From positions 426,232 through 490,231 of the forward strand of contig NIVC01000659.1 in assembly GCA_002269645.1 (NCBI GenBank): 64,000 nt of DNA, in the 5' to 3' direction. Positions 29,134 through 41,899 of the stretch are shown piece after piece. Each line of letters starts with the position of its first letter. Positions within the stretch are counted from its first letter, which is position 1. The notes beneath the pieces are model-generated. The model was not told the DNA's origin and did not search any database. It saw only the letters and a list, made by a program, of their open reading frames with translations. Origin of the DNA: Macrostomum lignano (taxonomy: Eukaryota). The position numbers and the translations under genes were made by a program.

Positions 29134-29452
29134 TCTTACTATATATTCACACAAATAAACAAAATTATTATCACAATCCAATGCACTGTGAAGATATGTA
29201 TATATATATATATACATATAGAAACATCAGTTTTTCTCAAAAAGTTCTTGAGCAAGAAGCTTTGAGTTTGGTTTGAGTTATGATAATCACTTAGTGTCTA
29301 GGTAAAGTTCTAAATGTCAATTTTCAGCAACAGAAAGCAAGCAGAAGTCCTCAAAATTAAATATCAATCTAATAGTAAGAAACTACCAGTTTTTTGCAAA
29401 TTGTAAAAAATCCTTTTGATCTGTAGCTGTAATTTTTTCAAGTCATTTATTT

Positions 29453-30018
29453 GGTATAGGACCAAGATGGCCATACACCAAGATGGCCACAATATTGAAT
29501 ATTTATTATATCTACTCTCTTTTACTATCCTTAATTAGCAATATAATATATTAAATTATTTTTGTTTAATCAATTATATTCATAAATACTGATACAGTAA
29601 TAGATTTGAAACTAATTAGGCCTACTTATAATACAACACATTTAATCTTTTTTAGTGTTTATGGCAATTTATTCTCTATCATTATATCTATCAAATCTAT
29701 CATGATCTGTTTATTAAGAAACTATTGCTAATGGTAATGCTAGCTATACAAATAATTAGGATAAATTTATGAATATCATAGGATATTTATTTTCTGCTAG
29801 GTTACTTGCTTTATATAGTAGATAAATAGGTAGGCCCCTACAGGTCAGGCTACAATAAAAGCTAGGCCTAAGTCCAAAGGGAATTATTAGAATACAATTC
29901 CATTATAACATCTATTTTCCTAATTACTAAAAAAGGAAAGGAATTAAATATATGTAACTAGTCTTATTATTATCTATTTAAACATTTAATAGAGCTATGG
30001 CCATCTTGGTCATGCGCC
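29453..30018. mobile_element. Putative MITE with GG-ended TIRs
   Basis: TIR core GACCAAGATGGCCA / TGGCCATCTTGGTC; flanks ATTTATTT / ATTTATCT (8-bp TSD, one mismatch); AT-rich interior. Confidence 0.55.
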
Positions 30019-31597
30019 ATTTATCTCATAGGTGCTGTTTTTTCTGTAAAAAATCATGGCATTTAGTGTTTTAAAAGTAGAGATTTTTGTTATTTCTGAA
30101 TAGGCCTTATAGGCCTATCAATCTTGAATATCACACAGGGAATCCCTACATGTTCAACTAGAAAGTTAAACTATGGCAATGTGGCAATAAGATATCTAAG
30201 ATGTTTATTATTAAACCAATTATTGTTAAACCTAATTAGGCCCCTATCATAAAAAATGGTATTAACAATTGTAAATCTACATTATTGCCAAATTGGCTGT
30301 TACCAAAGTGGTCATTTTTTGTTACAAAAGTGGCTGTTACCAAAATGGCTGTTACTGAAAAGGATTGTATTTGTAGAATAAATACTAAAATAGGCCTAGG
30401 CCCTCTGTTGCTAAGTCAAGTAAGATAGAGCCTAGCCCTAGGTCCTATTGTCCAATCCCTAGCAGCCCTAGTTGGCACTTGGCAGTAGGTTATTGCTTTT
30501 TGTTGGAGATTACATCCTATATACTAAAAATGAGTTGTCTGTATGTGTATGTATAAGATTGAATACTATAGGCCTACTTATATAATAATGGGCCTAGCTA
30601 GGCAGTAGGCCTAATTAATAGGCCTAGGGCCTAACAATAACAATATTAAAAATTGTTCAAAGCAAAATAACTCAAACTTTCGAGAACTTTCCCTAACCTA
30701 ATCATATAGGTTAGGCTAGGCTAGGCTAGGGGCCTAGTTCCTAGGACAGTCGACACTACTCGACAAGCTACGAGTATGACCAGTAGGCTAGGCCTAACGC
30801 TAGCTGATATTAAGTGTACGAAGTATTATGCAGAATTGCAGCATGCAGACAAATAACAATTTCCAAAAAACGAAAATATTTCAGATATATTTTGTGATTC
30901 CAATTGAAAAAAATTCAAGATTTGGCGGATGCTACATCAGTGCATTTATTGTAATGTGTTTGTCACGCGGGCTATTTGTTGCTTGAAATTTCCGGCATGA
31001 TGACACGCAAAAATTAAATTTACAACTAAAAATTAAAACAAAAATGAAATACTTTAAGAGAACAAAAGTAAATTTAATTTCTTTTAAATATTGCGATACA
31101 TTATCCTAAAACAAACACATTGCAGTGTAGAATTTAAAAAATAATTTAAAAACAGAAGTTGTTTTGAGTTGTCAACGAAAATATATTTATTGACATAAAC
31201 ATAATTCACAGAAGCAGGATATTATTCATAAGCAACTATCCAATATATTTGGATTTACAATTTCTGTCTGTGTCAGAACTGCGTAGTATTTTTCTAGCAG
31301 AAGAATTGAATTTTTAGAGCAAGTTATTCTTTTCCATTTGTCTGATCGCATTGAATTCATTTTTTTATTTTTTGCTTTTGACAAATTTCAATAGGTCTTT
31401 GACTTTGTTTTTATGACCATGGCCTGGGTCCATGACTAGTTAGTTAGTTTACTTTCTTAATAAGCCAGAATTGCAAACAAAAAATCGCAACTATTTTTTG
31501 CTATTTTTCTGAATTTTTTACTTTAATAAGCTTAAAATAAATCACATATCTAGATATATGACTTTGTTTAAAATATTGATTCGTAATATTTAATATT

Positions 31598-31987
31598 GGC
31601 AGTTGTTATTTGTCCAGTAACCGGACAAATAGTCTTTTTGCCATTTGTCCAGTTAAATTGCTATTTGTTTTGTGATGAATATTCTAGATTTTTAAGACTT
31701 TCTTATATACTAATTAATATTTTGTTGTATATAAGCAAAACCAGTATATGCAATTTGGCATAATTTGGTGTATAAGACACACTACTCACTAGTATAACAA
31801 TATAATAATCAAGATATGAGTAAGAAGTCTTTGAAGTCTAGGAATATTCACCTTTGTAGTTTCTATAGAATAGATATTTTAGCATTAATAATTTAACCAG
31901 ATAAATAGGAAATCATGGCCATTATCTAGTAACTGGACAAATAACCACATTGCTGTTCATCTAGTCACCAGACAAATAACAACTGCC
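31598..31987. mobile_element. 390-bp MITE with 9-bp TSD (Mutator-like)
   Basis: Perfect 17-bp TIR GGCAGTTGTTATTTGTC; perfect TSD TTTAATATT at 31589-31597 and 31988-31996; internal GGACAAAT subterminal repeats. Confidence 0.82.
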
Positions 31988-33290
31988 TTTAATATTTTAA
32001 GCCATCTTGCCCATCCATACTAGTAATATTAACAATACTGAGAATTTGCCATGGGCCATGGCTTATTATTAATTAGCTATTGATATAGATATTGGAAAAT
32101 TATAAATATAGCAAAACACTATATGCCACTTATTGTAGCATAGGGATAGCATTGCAAAATTATAGCCTCTATACTCTAGATCATATAGACACTCAAAAAT
32201 TTGGGTATGTATTGCCTTTAAGAATTATGCATGACTCTTAAGAAAATTTTGTATGCATACCTAATATGCACTTCATAGAATCATATAGAAAAGTTAGTAT
32301 TAAGTCAAAAAACAACTAAAAATATTGATATTTTAGCATAAATTTCAAACTTTCTTGCTTCTAAGCTTATTAACAATACATTAAAACTAAATTTTGTATA
32401 TATTGATTTTCTGTTATAAATATAATAGTATAGGCAAGAAAGAAAAATAATCAACCAAATTATTAGTCAAAAAGGGTCATTTATTGTTGCAACACTGGCC
32501 TAGATTTGAGAGTGTAGACATGTATTAAAAATGTTTTTGGTGTGCATTTGTATCTCTTCGATTTTTGTTTAAGTATGCTCCGAGCATGATTTGAACTACT
32601 GAACTATGGTGTAGCCATCAAAATTTAAAAGCTTTATCTATAAAATCAAAACCTAGATTTACCTTTACCTTTGTTATTAGACATTTTAGACTAGGGTAAC
32701 AATTGTCTAGATGGTTTTCTACCTGAAACTTATTATTTCTAAGCATATAATTAGGATTGAAAATTTTACATTTTACTTAGTACAACTTCATAAGAAAATT
32801 AAACTCTAGGCATTAGCCACTAACCCTCTATATTATATCATATATATATTTATTAATCTAGGCTCAGCTATTTTACCTAGTTATGAATAGGCTCTATTCA
32901 CTAATAATTACACTGCTTGTATACTTTGCCAAAGGTTAGTAGTTACAATTATCAAAATGCAGTGGTCTAAAATTAGAAATCAATTTCTTACTTTCTTACC
33001 TGTTGACATACTTTTAGATGCAATTGCTGTGTTGAATATATGAAATATGCTGAAAACAAAATATTTCTATTTAAATTGTACTAATTCAATGAGTTATTTC
33101 TAATCCTTAATAATGAGTGCTACATTGTATGCATTGATGTTCCATCCATTGCAATGCAAGGCAATGCGATATAGATAAAAATGACATCAAGTAGAAGACC
33201 GTCTGTGCCATCAAGCCACCAGCAGTAACCGTCCAGCAAGGGTAGCGCAATTGTTTGCTCAATAATTATTGTCAAATAGCAGCAGAGCTT

Positions 33291-34472
33291 ATGGACTTGT
33301 ACATAGAGTGCCTGTCTGGCACAGTATTCGAGGTGCGCGTCTCACCCTACGAGACAGTGCTAGCCGTCAAAGCCAAACTGCAACGAATGGAGGGCATCCC
33401 CATCAGCCAGCAGCACCTGATCTGGAACAATCACGAGCTCAATGACGATCTGTGCCTGCAGGACTACCTGATCCCGTCTGGCAGCAAGCTCAAACTCGTG
33501 CTCGGCATGCGAGGCGGCCCAATCAACACTCGTCGAATTCTGATTCCGCCAGACGATTCGCCAAGCATCGAGGGTGCTGGCAGCGGCGGCGGCCGTCAGG
33601 TCACCGTGGTGGTGCTGCGCGACGGAGAGCAGCTGGAATTCTACAAGCTTCTTGGTGGCAGCAGCGGCGGCGGTGGCGGCAGCCCCCTGGCGGCCATCGA
33701 CAGCGCCGGCTCGCGCACCGGCTGGATCGGCAGCGGCAGCCGCTCCCGCCGGGATAACCGGGACGGCCATCAGCAGCAGCAGCGGCCGGACGATCCGCCC
33801 AATAGCGGCCGGGCTTTGCGCGACAAAATGCAGAAACTGCAGCAGCAGATGGACAAAATTCGACTGGGCAGGCAGGCCAGGGCTGCCGCCGCCGCCGCCG
33901 CATCTTCAGCTGCCAATTCGAACGGCGCTGCGCCCGCTTGCGAATCCACTAAGCCGCCTCCCCCTCAGCCTTCACTCCCGCCTGCGCCGTCTCTGCCGCT
34001 TCCGCAACAGCGAACTTTCAGGCGTCTGCCGCCTTTGCTTCCGCCTCCGCCCGCTGCCACTCTGCCGCCCGCCCCAACCCTGCAGCAGCAGCCGCCGCAA
34101 CCGCCTCCTCCTCCTCCTCCGGCGCCGCCGCCAACAACCGGCCGCTTGCTGGCCGGCCGGGCCAAATCCGGCCACAGACTGCCGCCAATGCCGCCGGCGG
34201 AGCCCATTGCGACAGCGGTTGCCGTCTCTGAAAACTCGATGACGACAGGCACGACGACAGGCACAACGACGCTTTCGCCGACGCGTTGCACCGCCTGCAA
34301 GAAGCGAACCGGCCCGGCCACGTCCTACGGCTGCCGGTGCGGCGGCAATTACTGCGCCAAGCACCGCTATCCGGAGACGCACGCCTGCACCTTTGACTTC
34401 AAGTCGGAGGGGCGTCGACTGCTGCGCGAAGCCAACCCGCTCGTGGCGGCCTCAAAGCTGCCAAAGATTTGA
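33291..34472 (+). CDS. ZFAND4: AN1-type zinc finger and ubiquitin-domain protein (ZFAND4/ANUBL1), intronless
   Basis: N-terminal Ubl MDLYIECLSGTVFEVRVSPYETV...LKLVLGMRGGPI; Pro-rich linker; C-terminal AN1 finger CTACKKR...CRCGGNYCAKHRYPETHACTFDFK...NPLVAASKLPKI. Confidence 0.92.
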   Translation: MDLYIECLSGTVFEVRVSPYETVLAVKAKLQRMEGIPISQQHLIWNNHELNDDLCLQDYLIPSGSKLKLVLGMRGGPINTRRILIPPDDSPSIEGAGSGGGRQVTVVVLRDGEQLEFYKLLGGSSGGGGGSPLAAIDSAGSRTGWIGSGSRSRRDNRDGHQQQQRPDDPPNSGRALRDKMQKLQQQMDKIRLGRQARAAAAAAASSAANSNGAAPACESTKPPPPQPSLPPAPSLPLPQQRTFRRLPPLLPPPPAATLPPAPTLQQQPPQPPPPPPPAPPPTTGRLLAGRAKSGHRLPPMPPAEPIATAVAVSENSMTTGTTTGTTTLSPTRCTACKKRTGPATSYGCRCGGNYCAKHRYPETHACTFDFKSEGRRLLREANPLVAASKLPKI

Positions 34473-34644
34473 ACAAATTTGTTAAAATCGCTGTTGGTAA
34501 ATGCAGTCTGCTGAGCACTTTATTGGAGAGCATTATGTATTGATAAAATTTCAGTAATACGGATTCCGTAACTTGTTTATTAATAACTATATTGGCGCTT
34601 GTGATAATGAGGGTATTGGAATATTTGCATTTTGGATTTTGAGG

Positions 34645-35030
34645 CTTGTGCCAGTCCCATCCCTGAGAATGGCAATGTGTGTGCCAGTCCCATCCCTGAG
34701 AGTGGCAATGTGTGTGCCAGTCCCATCCCTGAGAATGGCAATGTGTGTGCCAGTCCCATCCCTGAGAATGGCAATGTGTGTGCCAGTCCCATCCCTGAGA
34801 ATGGCAATGTGTGTGCCAGTCCCATCCCTGAGAATGGCAATGTGTGTGCCAGTCCCATCCCTGAGAATGGCAATGTGTGTGCCAGTCCCATCCCTGAGAA
34901 TGGCAATGTGTGTGCCAGTCCCATCCCTGAGAATGGCAATGTGTGTGCCAGTCCCATCCCTGAGAATGGCAATGTGTGTGCCAGTCCCATCCCTGAGAAT
35001 GGCAATGTGTGTGCCAGTCCCATCCCTGAG
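34645..35030. repeat. 33-bp minisatellite GTGCCAGTCCCATCCCTGAGAATGGCAATGTGT, about 12 copies
   Basis: Near-perfect tandem array about 170 nt past the ZFAND4 stop. Confidence 0.96.
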
Positions 35031-35849
35031 GACTGCAAGGGTTTGCTGTCACTGCCAATACTCCAAAGCCGATGTCAGTGGTCTCCGATACCCTCACTGA
35101 GTGCGGTTCGTCTAGCATTCCGAATTAATGTGATTTTGCCCCAGTCACCATCGGTCCAGCTTAACTCTCTGAGCCGTCTTTCCTTAAATAAAAAGCAGTT
35201 TTTTTTACTTAAAAGAAAGCATCTTTCCTCACTGTTGGTTATGATTTTGTTTATTCCTGATGAATTTATTCTCCTAATCTTCACTTGCCCCTTCTTTTTA
35301 ATGAACAATGGATTGCTAGCTAACATAAGTAGGACAGCACTAATCGTGATTACTCAGCCTAACAGATTAATAACTGCCCATATTCTTCTCAGCCTGTAGT
35401 TTCTGTGCCTTCCTCCATCTTCTTCTAATATACTATTCATTGTCTATTGTTGGGTTTTTCTATAAACTGCTTTTGACACAAAACTGTCAGATTGTTAAGC
35501 TGTCAGTTTAAGCACTCATGTAGATGTCATATGGATCTATATATTATTCTAGAAATTCTTGCTGTGATTTATTTATTATTGTGTTATTTTGCTCCATTGT
35601 CTCGCTTTTGTACATTATAAATTAATTTTAGTGCACATATTAATACTGTTTAATGCACTCAGTTCCTGTCTGTGAGGCTAGCTAAAGTGCAACAAGGGAG
35701 CCTTGTTGATACTTTAATGCTACAACTAATACAATCTAGAATCATCAAGCACACTGTTGATTTTCCCAAATGGCGAAATGGATTGTTAACAATTGGACCT
35801 TTTTTAATCCTGCTAATGCTGAAGCATGGCAGTTGACTGCCGAAGATTT

Positions 35850-36215
35850 AGGGTATTTGGGATAGTAGGGTTAGGATTAACGATTAGGGATTAGGGATTA
35901 CGGTTAGGGATTTGAGATTAGGGTTTATGGATTAGGGACTACGGGTTAGGGATTTGAGATTAGGGATTAGAGATTAAGGATTAGGGATTAAGCTTTGGGA
36001 TTAGGTATAGCTTATGGACTGGGGATTATTGTGTAGGGTTTATGGATTAGGAGTTAGGGTTTACTTAGGTATTATAGTTGTGTTTAGGGATTAAGGTTTA
36101 TGGATTATGGTTTAGAGATTAATGATTAGGTTGGGGATTAGAGCTTAGGTTTGAGTCTAGCAAATAGAAATTAGAATAGAGTTCATGTTAAGGTTCGGGT
36201 TAGGGTTAAGCAATG
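35850..36215. repeat. Degenerate (TTAGGGA)-like tract
   Basis: GGGATTA / GGGTTA units, heavily diverged. Confidence 0.75.
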
Positions 36216-36577
36216 CTGGGTTAAAATCGGGTACCCGACTGTTTAGGTGAAGATCAGATTCAGCACTCAATTCTTGGCAGTCAGTTGTCACAGTCCCCAG
36301 TAATATAACAACTGTACAGGCAGAAAATCTGCAGAATTCTTTAAATTGATAATGTATAATCTATTCCGATTGCAACATTTCCGTCATCCTACTTTTCTAG
36401 TGTAACTAATCAGTAGCATATCATAAAATATTTTGATATATGGTCAATAACATTGTTGAGGACTTTCAGCTCAGTGCTTTTCCAACTCTTTCTCAATGTA
36501 AACAATTTTTCAAGGGGTTCACCCGTTGAAAACGTTACCGTGTCAAGAATCACTAGAGTCATTGCAAACTGCTCACT

Positions 36578-37800
36578 TGTGACTCTCGCGACTCTGGAGC
36601 GACTCTTGTGACTCTAGCGACTCTGGAGCGACTCTTGTGACTCTAGCGACTCTGGAGCGACTCTTGTGACTCTAGCGACTCTTGTGACTCTAGCGACTCT
36701 TGTGACTCTAGCGACTCTTGTGACTCTAGCGACTCTTGTGACTCTAGCGACTCTTGTGACTCTAGCGACTCTTGTGACTCTAGCGACTCTTGTGACTCTA
36801 GCGACTCTGGAGCGACTCTTGTGACTCTAGCGACTCTGGAGCGACTCTTGTGACTCTAGCGACTCTTGTGACTCTAGCGACTCTTGTGACTCTAGCGACT
36901 CTTGTGACTCTAGCGACTCTTGTGACTCTAGCGACTCTTGTGACTCTAGCGACTCTTGTGACTCTAGCGACTCTTGTGACTCTAGCGACTCTTGTGACTC
37001 TAGCGACTCTTGTGACTCTAGCGACTCTTGTGACTCTAGCGACTCTTGTGACTCTAGCGACTCTTGTGACTCTAGCGACTCTTGTGACTCTAGCGACTCT
37101 TGTGACTCTAGCGACTCTTGTGACTCTAGCGACTCTTGTGACTCTAGCGACTCTTGTGACTCTAGCGACTCTTGTGACTCTAGCGACTCTTGTGACTCTA
37201 GCGACTCTTGTGACTCTAGCGACTCTTGTGACTCTAGCGACTCTTGTGACTCTAGCGACTCTTGTGACTCTAGCGACTCTTGTGACTCTAGCGACTCTTG
37301 TGACTCTAGCGACTCTTGTGACTCTAGCGACTCTTGTGACTCTAGCGACTCTTGTGACTCTAGCGACTCTTGTGACTCTAGCGACTCTTGTGACTCTAGC
37401 GACTCTTGTGACTCTAGCGACTCTTGTGACTCTAGCGACTCTTGTGACTCTAGCGACTCTTGTGACTCTAGCGACTCTTGTGACTCTAGCGACTCTTGTG
37501 ACTCTAGCGACTCTTGTGACTCTAGCGACTCTTGTGACTCTAGCGACTCTTGTGACTCTAGCGACTCTTGTGACTCTTGTGACTCTAGCGACTCTGGAGC
37601 GACTCTAGCGACTCTTGTGACTCTAGCGACTCTTGTGACTCTAGCGACTCTTGTGACTCTAGCGACTCTTGTGACTCTAGCGACTCTGGAGCGACTCTTG
37701 TGACTCTAGCGACTCTGGAGCGACTCTTGTGACTCTAGCGACTCTGGAGCGACTCTTGTGACTCTAGCGACTCTGGAGCAACTCTTGTGACTTTTTAGCG
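36578..37800. repeat. 18-bp minisatellite GACTCTTGTGACTCTAGC
   Basis: Long perfect core with GACTCTGGAGC variants at the edges. Confidence 0.97.
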
Positions 37801-38474
37801 ACTGGTGCGATGGAGAAGCGGTTGTTGAGTCTGGAGCGCATCACGTGAGTTATAGAATCAAAAGAGTCGTGAAAAAGTCATCCAAGAGTCGTTGTGTTAG
37901 CGCTTAACTTTCTACTGACTCAAGTAGACTAAATAGAGTTGTTATAAATGCGAAATGCGATTCTAATTCATAAAGTGACGCAAATGCGCTTTAGACGCAA
38001 CTCAGTGATTCTGCAGCGACTCGGGCACGCCTCAGATGCGACTGACTACGGCCTCAGAGTCGTTTCAGAGTCGCAGACATGGCCTGAGGTACCGTTTTCA
38101 TACAGAGACCTGCTTCCGTTTGCTAGAACACTAGCTATTTACCCCATTTTAATCAATCGAAAATTTATTGTTGCACCGTGATAAGATAAGCCCGTTTGTT
38201 TAATTTTAACAAATTTGTAGCTGCTTAACCTTTTCCCAAATACATGAAAATTATTTTTGTTCTGATTGTTGCATAGACACGCCAGCCATAGCCGCTGTTT
38301 TAGTAAAAAATTATTTTTGTTTTCGTTTGTTAACTTTGCTTTTTTCCGGTGTTTTTAATTTTTTATCACACAGTATAACAAAAGCTTTATTAAGGAAAAT
38401 AAAAGTTTCGTTGAAAACTATTCAAATAAGAGCATAATTGAACTCGTTTTAACAAATCAACTCAACGTCAGAAC

Positions 38475-38762
38475 TCAAATAATTGTCGCCAATCTTCCAA
38501 AGTTGGCGTTATAGATATCAATAATATCCGGCAGAAGTCCGAAGAAGGTCATTAGAATAACAAAAAACGACGCCCAAAGTGCGAGAATATTTGCTAAGCC
38601 TCCGATAACAGCCGGCAGAAGTCCGAACAGCATCAATAACAGTCCGAGAATGAGGGCCAGTCCCGCTAGAATCACCGGCAGAAGTCCGACCACGGCCATG
38701 AATACGTCGAAGACAGCCGCCAGTGCCTCGCGAAACTCTGGCACAACTGGGACATGCTCCAT
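38475..38762 (-). CDS. Orphan 95-aa hydrophobic protein with three GLLP repeats
   Basis: ATG-initiated ORF; 59 consecutive uncharged residues; internal DNA triplication preserves frame; AATAAA on minus about 90 nt past the stop. No recognised family. Confidence 0.5.
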   Translation of the reverse strand: MEHVPVVPEFREALAAVFDVFMAVVGLLPVILAGLALILGLLLMLFGLLPAVIGGLANILALWASFFVILMTFFGLLPDIIDIYNANFGRLATII

Positions 38763-39011
38763 TCAAGGCGACAAGGATTGCAGACCTTTTTATTCGAAAA
38801 TTTTCGTTTATCGTTCAAGTGAAACATTCTTAAAGGTGTCGAATTCATTTGGCTCTGAGATCCTGAGGTATTCAGTGCGATACCATAGATAGAATTAAAG
38901 GAAGTAACTCGGAACTTCGGAAGGGATCGGAAGAATTAAACAAAAGCATTACGCAGCGCAAAACTGGATATTTCTTGTTGTCACATAAATTCCACGCTAG
39001 ATGTACATAAG

Positions 39012-39420
39012 GTGAGGTTACAATCCCATCCTACGCGAGGTTACAATTTCCCATTCTGCACGAGGTTACAATCCCATCCTGAGGTTACAATCCCATCCTA
39101 CGCGAGGTTACAATTTCCCATTCTGCACGAGGTTACAATCCCATCCTTCATTAGGTTAAATTCCCATCCTTCATAAGGTTTAACTCCCATCCTACACGAG
39201 GTTACAATCCCATTCTACTTGAGGTTACAATCGCATTCTACGTGAGGTTACAATCCCATTCTACATGAGGTTACAATCCCATTCTACATGAGGTTACAAT
39301 CCCATTCTACATGAGGTTACAATCCCATTCTAAATGAGGTTACAGTCCCATTCTACATGAGGTTACAATCCCATTCTACGTGAGGTTACAATCCCATTCT
39401 AAAACGAGGTTACAATCCTA
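39012..39420. repeat. 23-bp minisatellite GAGGTTACAATCCCATTCTACAT
   Basis: Tandem periodicity; homologous to the array at 41900-42735. Confidence 0.9.
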
Positions 39421-39594
39421 TTCGCTAAGCAAGTTGTGGTGGAATTTAAGTCGCTCCCATCTTTTCTCAGCCGGTTGTGTCAATGGTAAACCGGCCTCAT
39501 TTTAATTTAAAAAATCTGGTTAGAGAACAAACTCTATTGTCTGTGTTTTCGGTCTTAATTTTTTCAGAACTCCATATAGGCTCAGCAGATCGAT

Positions 39595-40070
39595 GACGCC
39601 CCTGTCTTGGTGGGCGCCCCTGTCTCTTGGTGGCTGCCCCTATTTCTTGGTGGGCGCCCCTGTCTCTTGGTGGGCGTTTGTGTCTCTTGGTGGGCGTTTG
39701 TGTCTCTTGGTGGGCGTTTGTGTCTCTTGGTGGGCGCCCCTGTCTCTTGGTGGGCGCCCCTGTCTCTTGGTGGCTGCCCCTATTTCTTGGTGGGCGCCAC
39801 TGTCTCTTGGTGACGCCCCTGTCTTGGTGGCTGCCCCTATTTCTTGGTGGGCGCCCCTGTCTCTTGGTGAGCGGCCCTGTCTCTTGTTGGGTGCCCCTGT
39901 CTCTTGGTGAGCGGCCCTGTCTCTTGTTGGGCGCCCCTGTCTCTTGGTGAGCGGCCCTGTCTCTTGTTGGGCGCCCCTGTCTCTTGATGGGCGCCCCTGT
40001 CTCTTGGTGGGTGCCCCTGTCCCATGGTACGCGCCCCTGTCTCTTGGTGGGCGCCCCTGTCTCTTGGCCC
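39595..40070. repeat. 20-bp minisatellite CTGTCTCTTGGTGGGCGCCC
   Basis: Direct tandem periodicity. Confidence 0.92.
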
Positions 40071-40164
40071 CCTCTGCAAACGCCACAATCAGTCCGTCTG
40101 CACCCGCTACCTGTTTAGTGGCGGCCATTTTGCTGTATCTGCTTGCAGGTGTCGGCCATGATGG

Positions 40165-40480
40165 CTGGCCACAGGCAGGCCCAGCTGCTCTTTGCTACCC
40201 AGTGAGTCGCATTGCCCTAATGACTCCTCTATCGCCTCGAACACGTCAAAAATATCGTCAGAGTTATCAAATAAGTGCCACCGCAACGTCCCACGGGATG
40301 ATTATCAACGTATTTTGCCGTTTTCAGCTTTCTCAATCAACGATTCTTCAACGACGTTGAATCCAACGGTTGGTATTTTTTGACCATTTGGGCCGGTCTT
40401 TGGCAAGGTTCAACAGGCTGGTGTTTCCAGTCGATGCTAAGACTGGCGACAACGAGAGATTGCAGGGGAAGTCGAAGTGT
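40165..40480 (-). pseudogene. Decayed ARF-family GTPase fragment
   Basis: Manual translation gives, in order, GNTSLL (G1-like), IPTVGFNV (40376-40353), WDV (40293-40285), HLFDNSD and LGLPVA, split over frames with stops. Confidence 0.6.
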
Positions 40481-40759
40481 ATAAAATTTAGTACTGCTAA
40501 TCTAGCAGGTTGGAGTTTTAAGCACTCACAGAATTTCGCATTCCTTATAAATATTCAACTGCAAGCCATAACTACCAATGGCGGTTCTTTTGTCGCATTT
40601 TAAGATACGTGCCGTAAAATGAAAGTTTGTTTATTTATAAATAAAATTTATTAACTCTAGCGAACGATTAGATACACTATACAGTAATATGGTAGATCTG
40701 TGAAGAAATAATCATGATTTAAAAGTCGCAGGCACAAGTCTCTTGCATCGTCCCCACAA

Positions 40760-41461
40760 CTACCGCAGCATCACGGACTTCACCAGGCTGTACAAGCCGC
40801 TCCTCCAGCCGGAGCCTGCTGTCAGCTCTGCAGCTTTGCTCACTTCACCGACCTTGTCAAGTCCCTCCTGCTCAGACAGGCTCTCCATCTCCAGCTCCTT
40901 CGGCAGCTCGTGCAGCGCGGAGGCGATCAGCCAGTCGACGGCTTCGGCCAGACCCGCTCCGGTAGCCGCCGAGACCTCGAAGCAGCGGCAGGGCCTTCGA
41001 ATCGATGCGGCCACCTTGCGCAGCTCATTGCAGGTCTCGGCTACGGCCTGGAGCTTCAGGTCGGACTTGTTGCACAGCAGCGCCAGCGGAATGTCGCCAA
41101 GTTCGCAGTCGTCCAGCTCGCTGCACAGCCTGTTGAGCTCGTCAACGGACTCGCCAAGGCGGTCTCGGTCTACGCCGTCCACAATGTACAACACACCGCG
41201 AGAGTTCGAGTAGTAGTGCCGGTACAGGGCGCGCGTCTTTTCCCGACCGCCTTGTCCAATGTCCCAGACGGTCAGGTTGGCCCGGCCTTCGATGCAAAGC
41301 TGCTCAACATTGAAGCCAATGGTGGGAATTGTGAACACGAGCTCTCCAGTTTTCAGTTTGTACAGAATCGAAGTCTTGCCGGCCGCGTCTAGGCCCCAGA
41401 TTAGGATGCGGAGGTCCGGGGTTCGACGACAGAGGAGCGCTGAACTGATAGCCTGACCCAT
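40760..41461 (-). CDS. ARF/ARL-family small GTPase, copy 1 (233 aa, intronless)
   Basis: Gly2; G1 GLDAAGKT; G2 [10 protein letters not shown]; G3 WDIGQGGR; G4 NKSD; G5 SAA; ~50-aa C-terminal extension. Confidence 0.92.
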   Translation of the reverse strand: MGQAISSALLCRRTPDLRILIWGLDAAGKTSILYKLKTGELVFTIPTIGFNVEQLCIEGRANLTVWDIGQGGREKTRALYRHYYSNSRGVLYIVDGVDRDRLGESVDELNRLCSELDDCELGDIPLALLCNKSDLKLQAVAETCNELRKVAASIRRPCRCFEVSAATGAGLAEAVDWLIASALHELPKELEMESLSEQEGLDKVGEVSKAAELTAGSGWRSGLYSLVKSVMLR

Positions 41462-41899
41462 GTTAAAATAAGCCTTTAAAAATGCAATGAGAAGCTCTCT
41501 AAAATGTAAACTTCATTTAAATGCCGCAGCTTTGAGGTGGCGTGTGAGCTTCCAGCCTGGCAGTCGGACAAGGAAAAAGGGTTGACGGCTACAGAAGAAT
41601 TGCTTTTGTTTATAGCTGGGCACGAATGTACATTGACTGTACGCGGGCCGGTCCTCTGTCTCCTCCGTACGTACGAGACTGCCACTTAGCAACGGCGCCA
41701 CTTGTATGCCCTGTTTCTCTCTGCTTCTCTCTTCATCTCTTACTCTGCATGTGTACTCTGAGTGCACTCTTTGAAAATGTTACAAGAGCTTTATCATGGC
41801 CGCGATGCGTCTGAGAATTTAGTGGAATTGTAACAACGGCCCAGTAGAGCAAAGAAAGCATTACGTAGAGCTGGATATCTCTTGGTTTATCGCAAAAAT

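Noticed and set aside
33360-34382. Overlapping and antisense ORFs on ZFAND4, NHL, ARF, PSMA7 and BEL genes
   Set aside because: Expected shadow ORFs of GC-rich coding sequence; no independent motifs.
35850-36215. Interstitial telomere or chromosome fusion scar
   Set aside because: Units are mostly degenerate 7-mers (GGGATTA), one orientation only, with no head-to-head junction.
34399-37608. Repeat ORFs (SQGWDWHTHCH)n and (TLATLV)n
   Set aside because: Minisatellite translations open in multiple frames, with no unique coding flanks.
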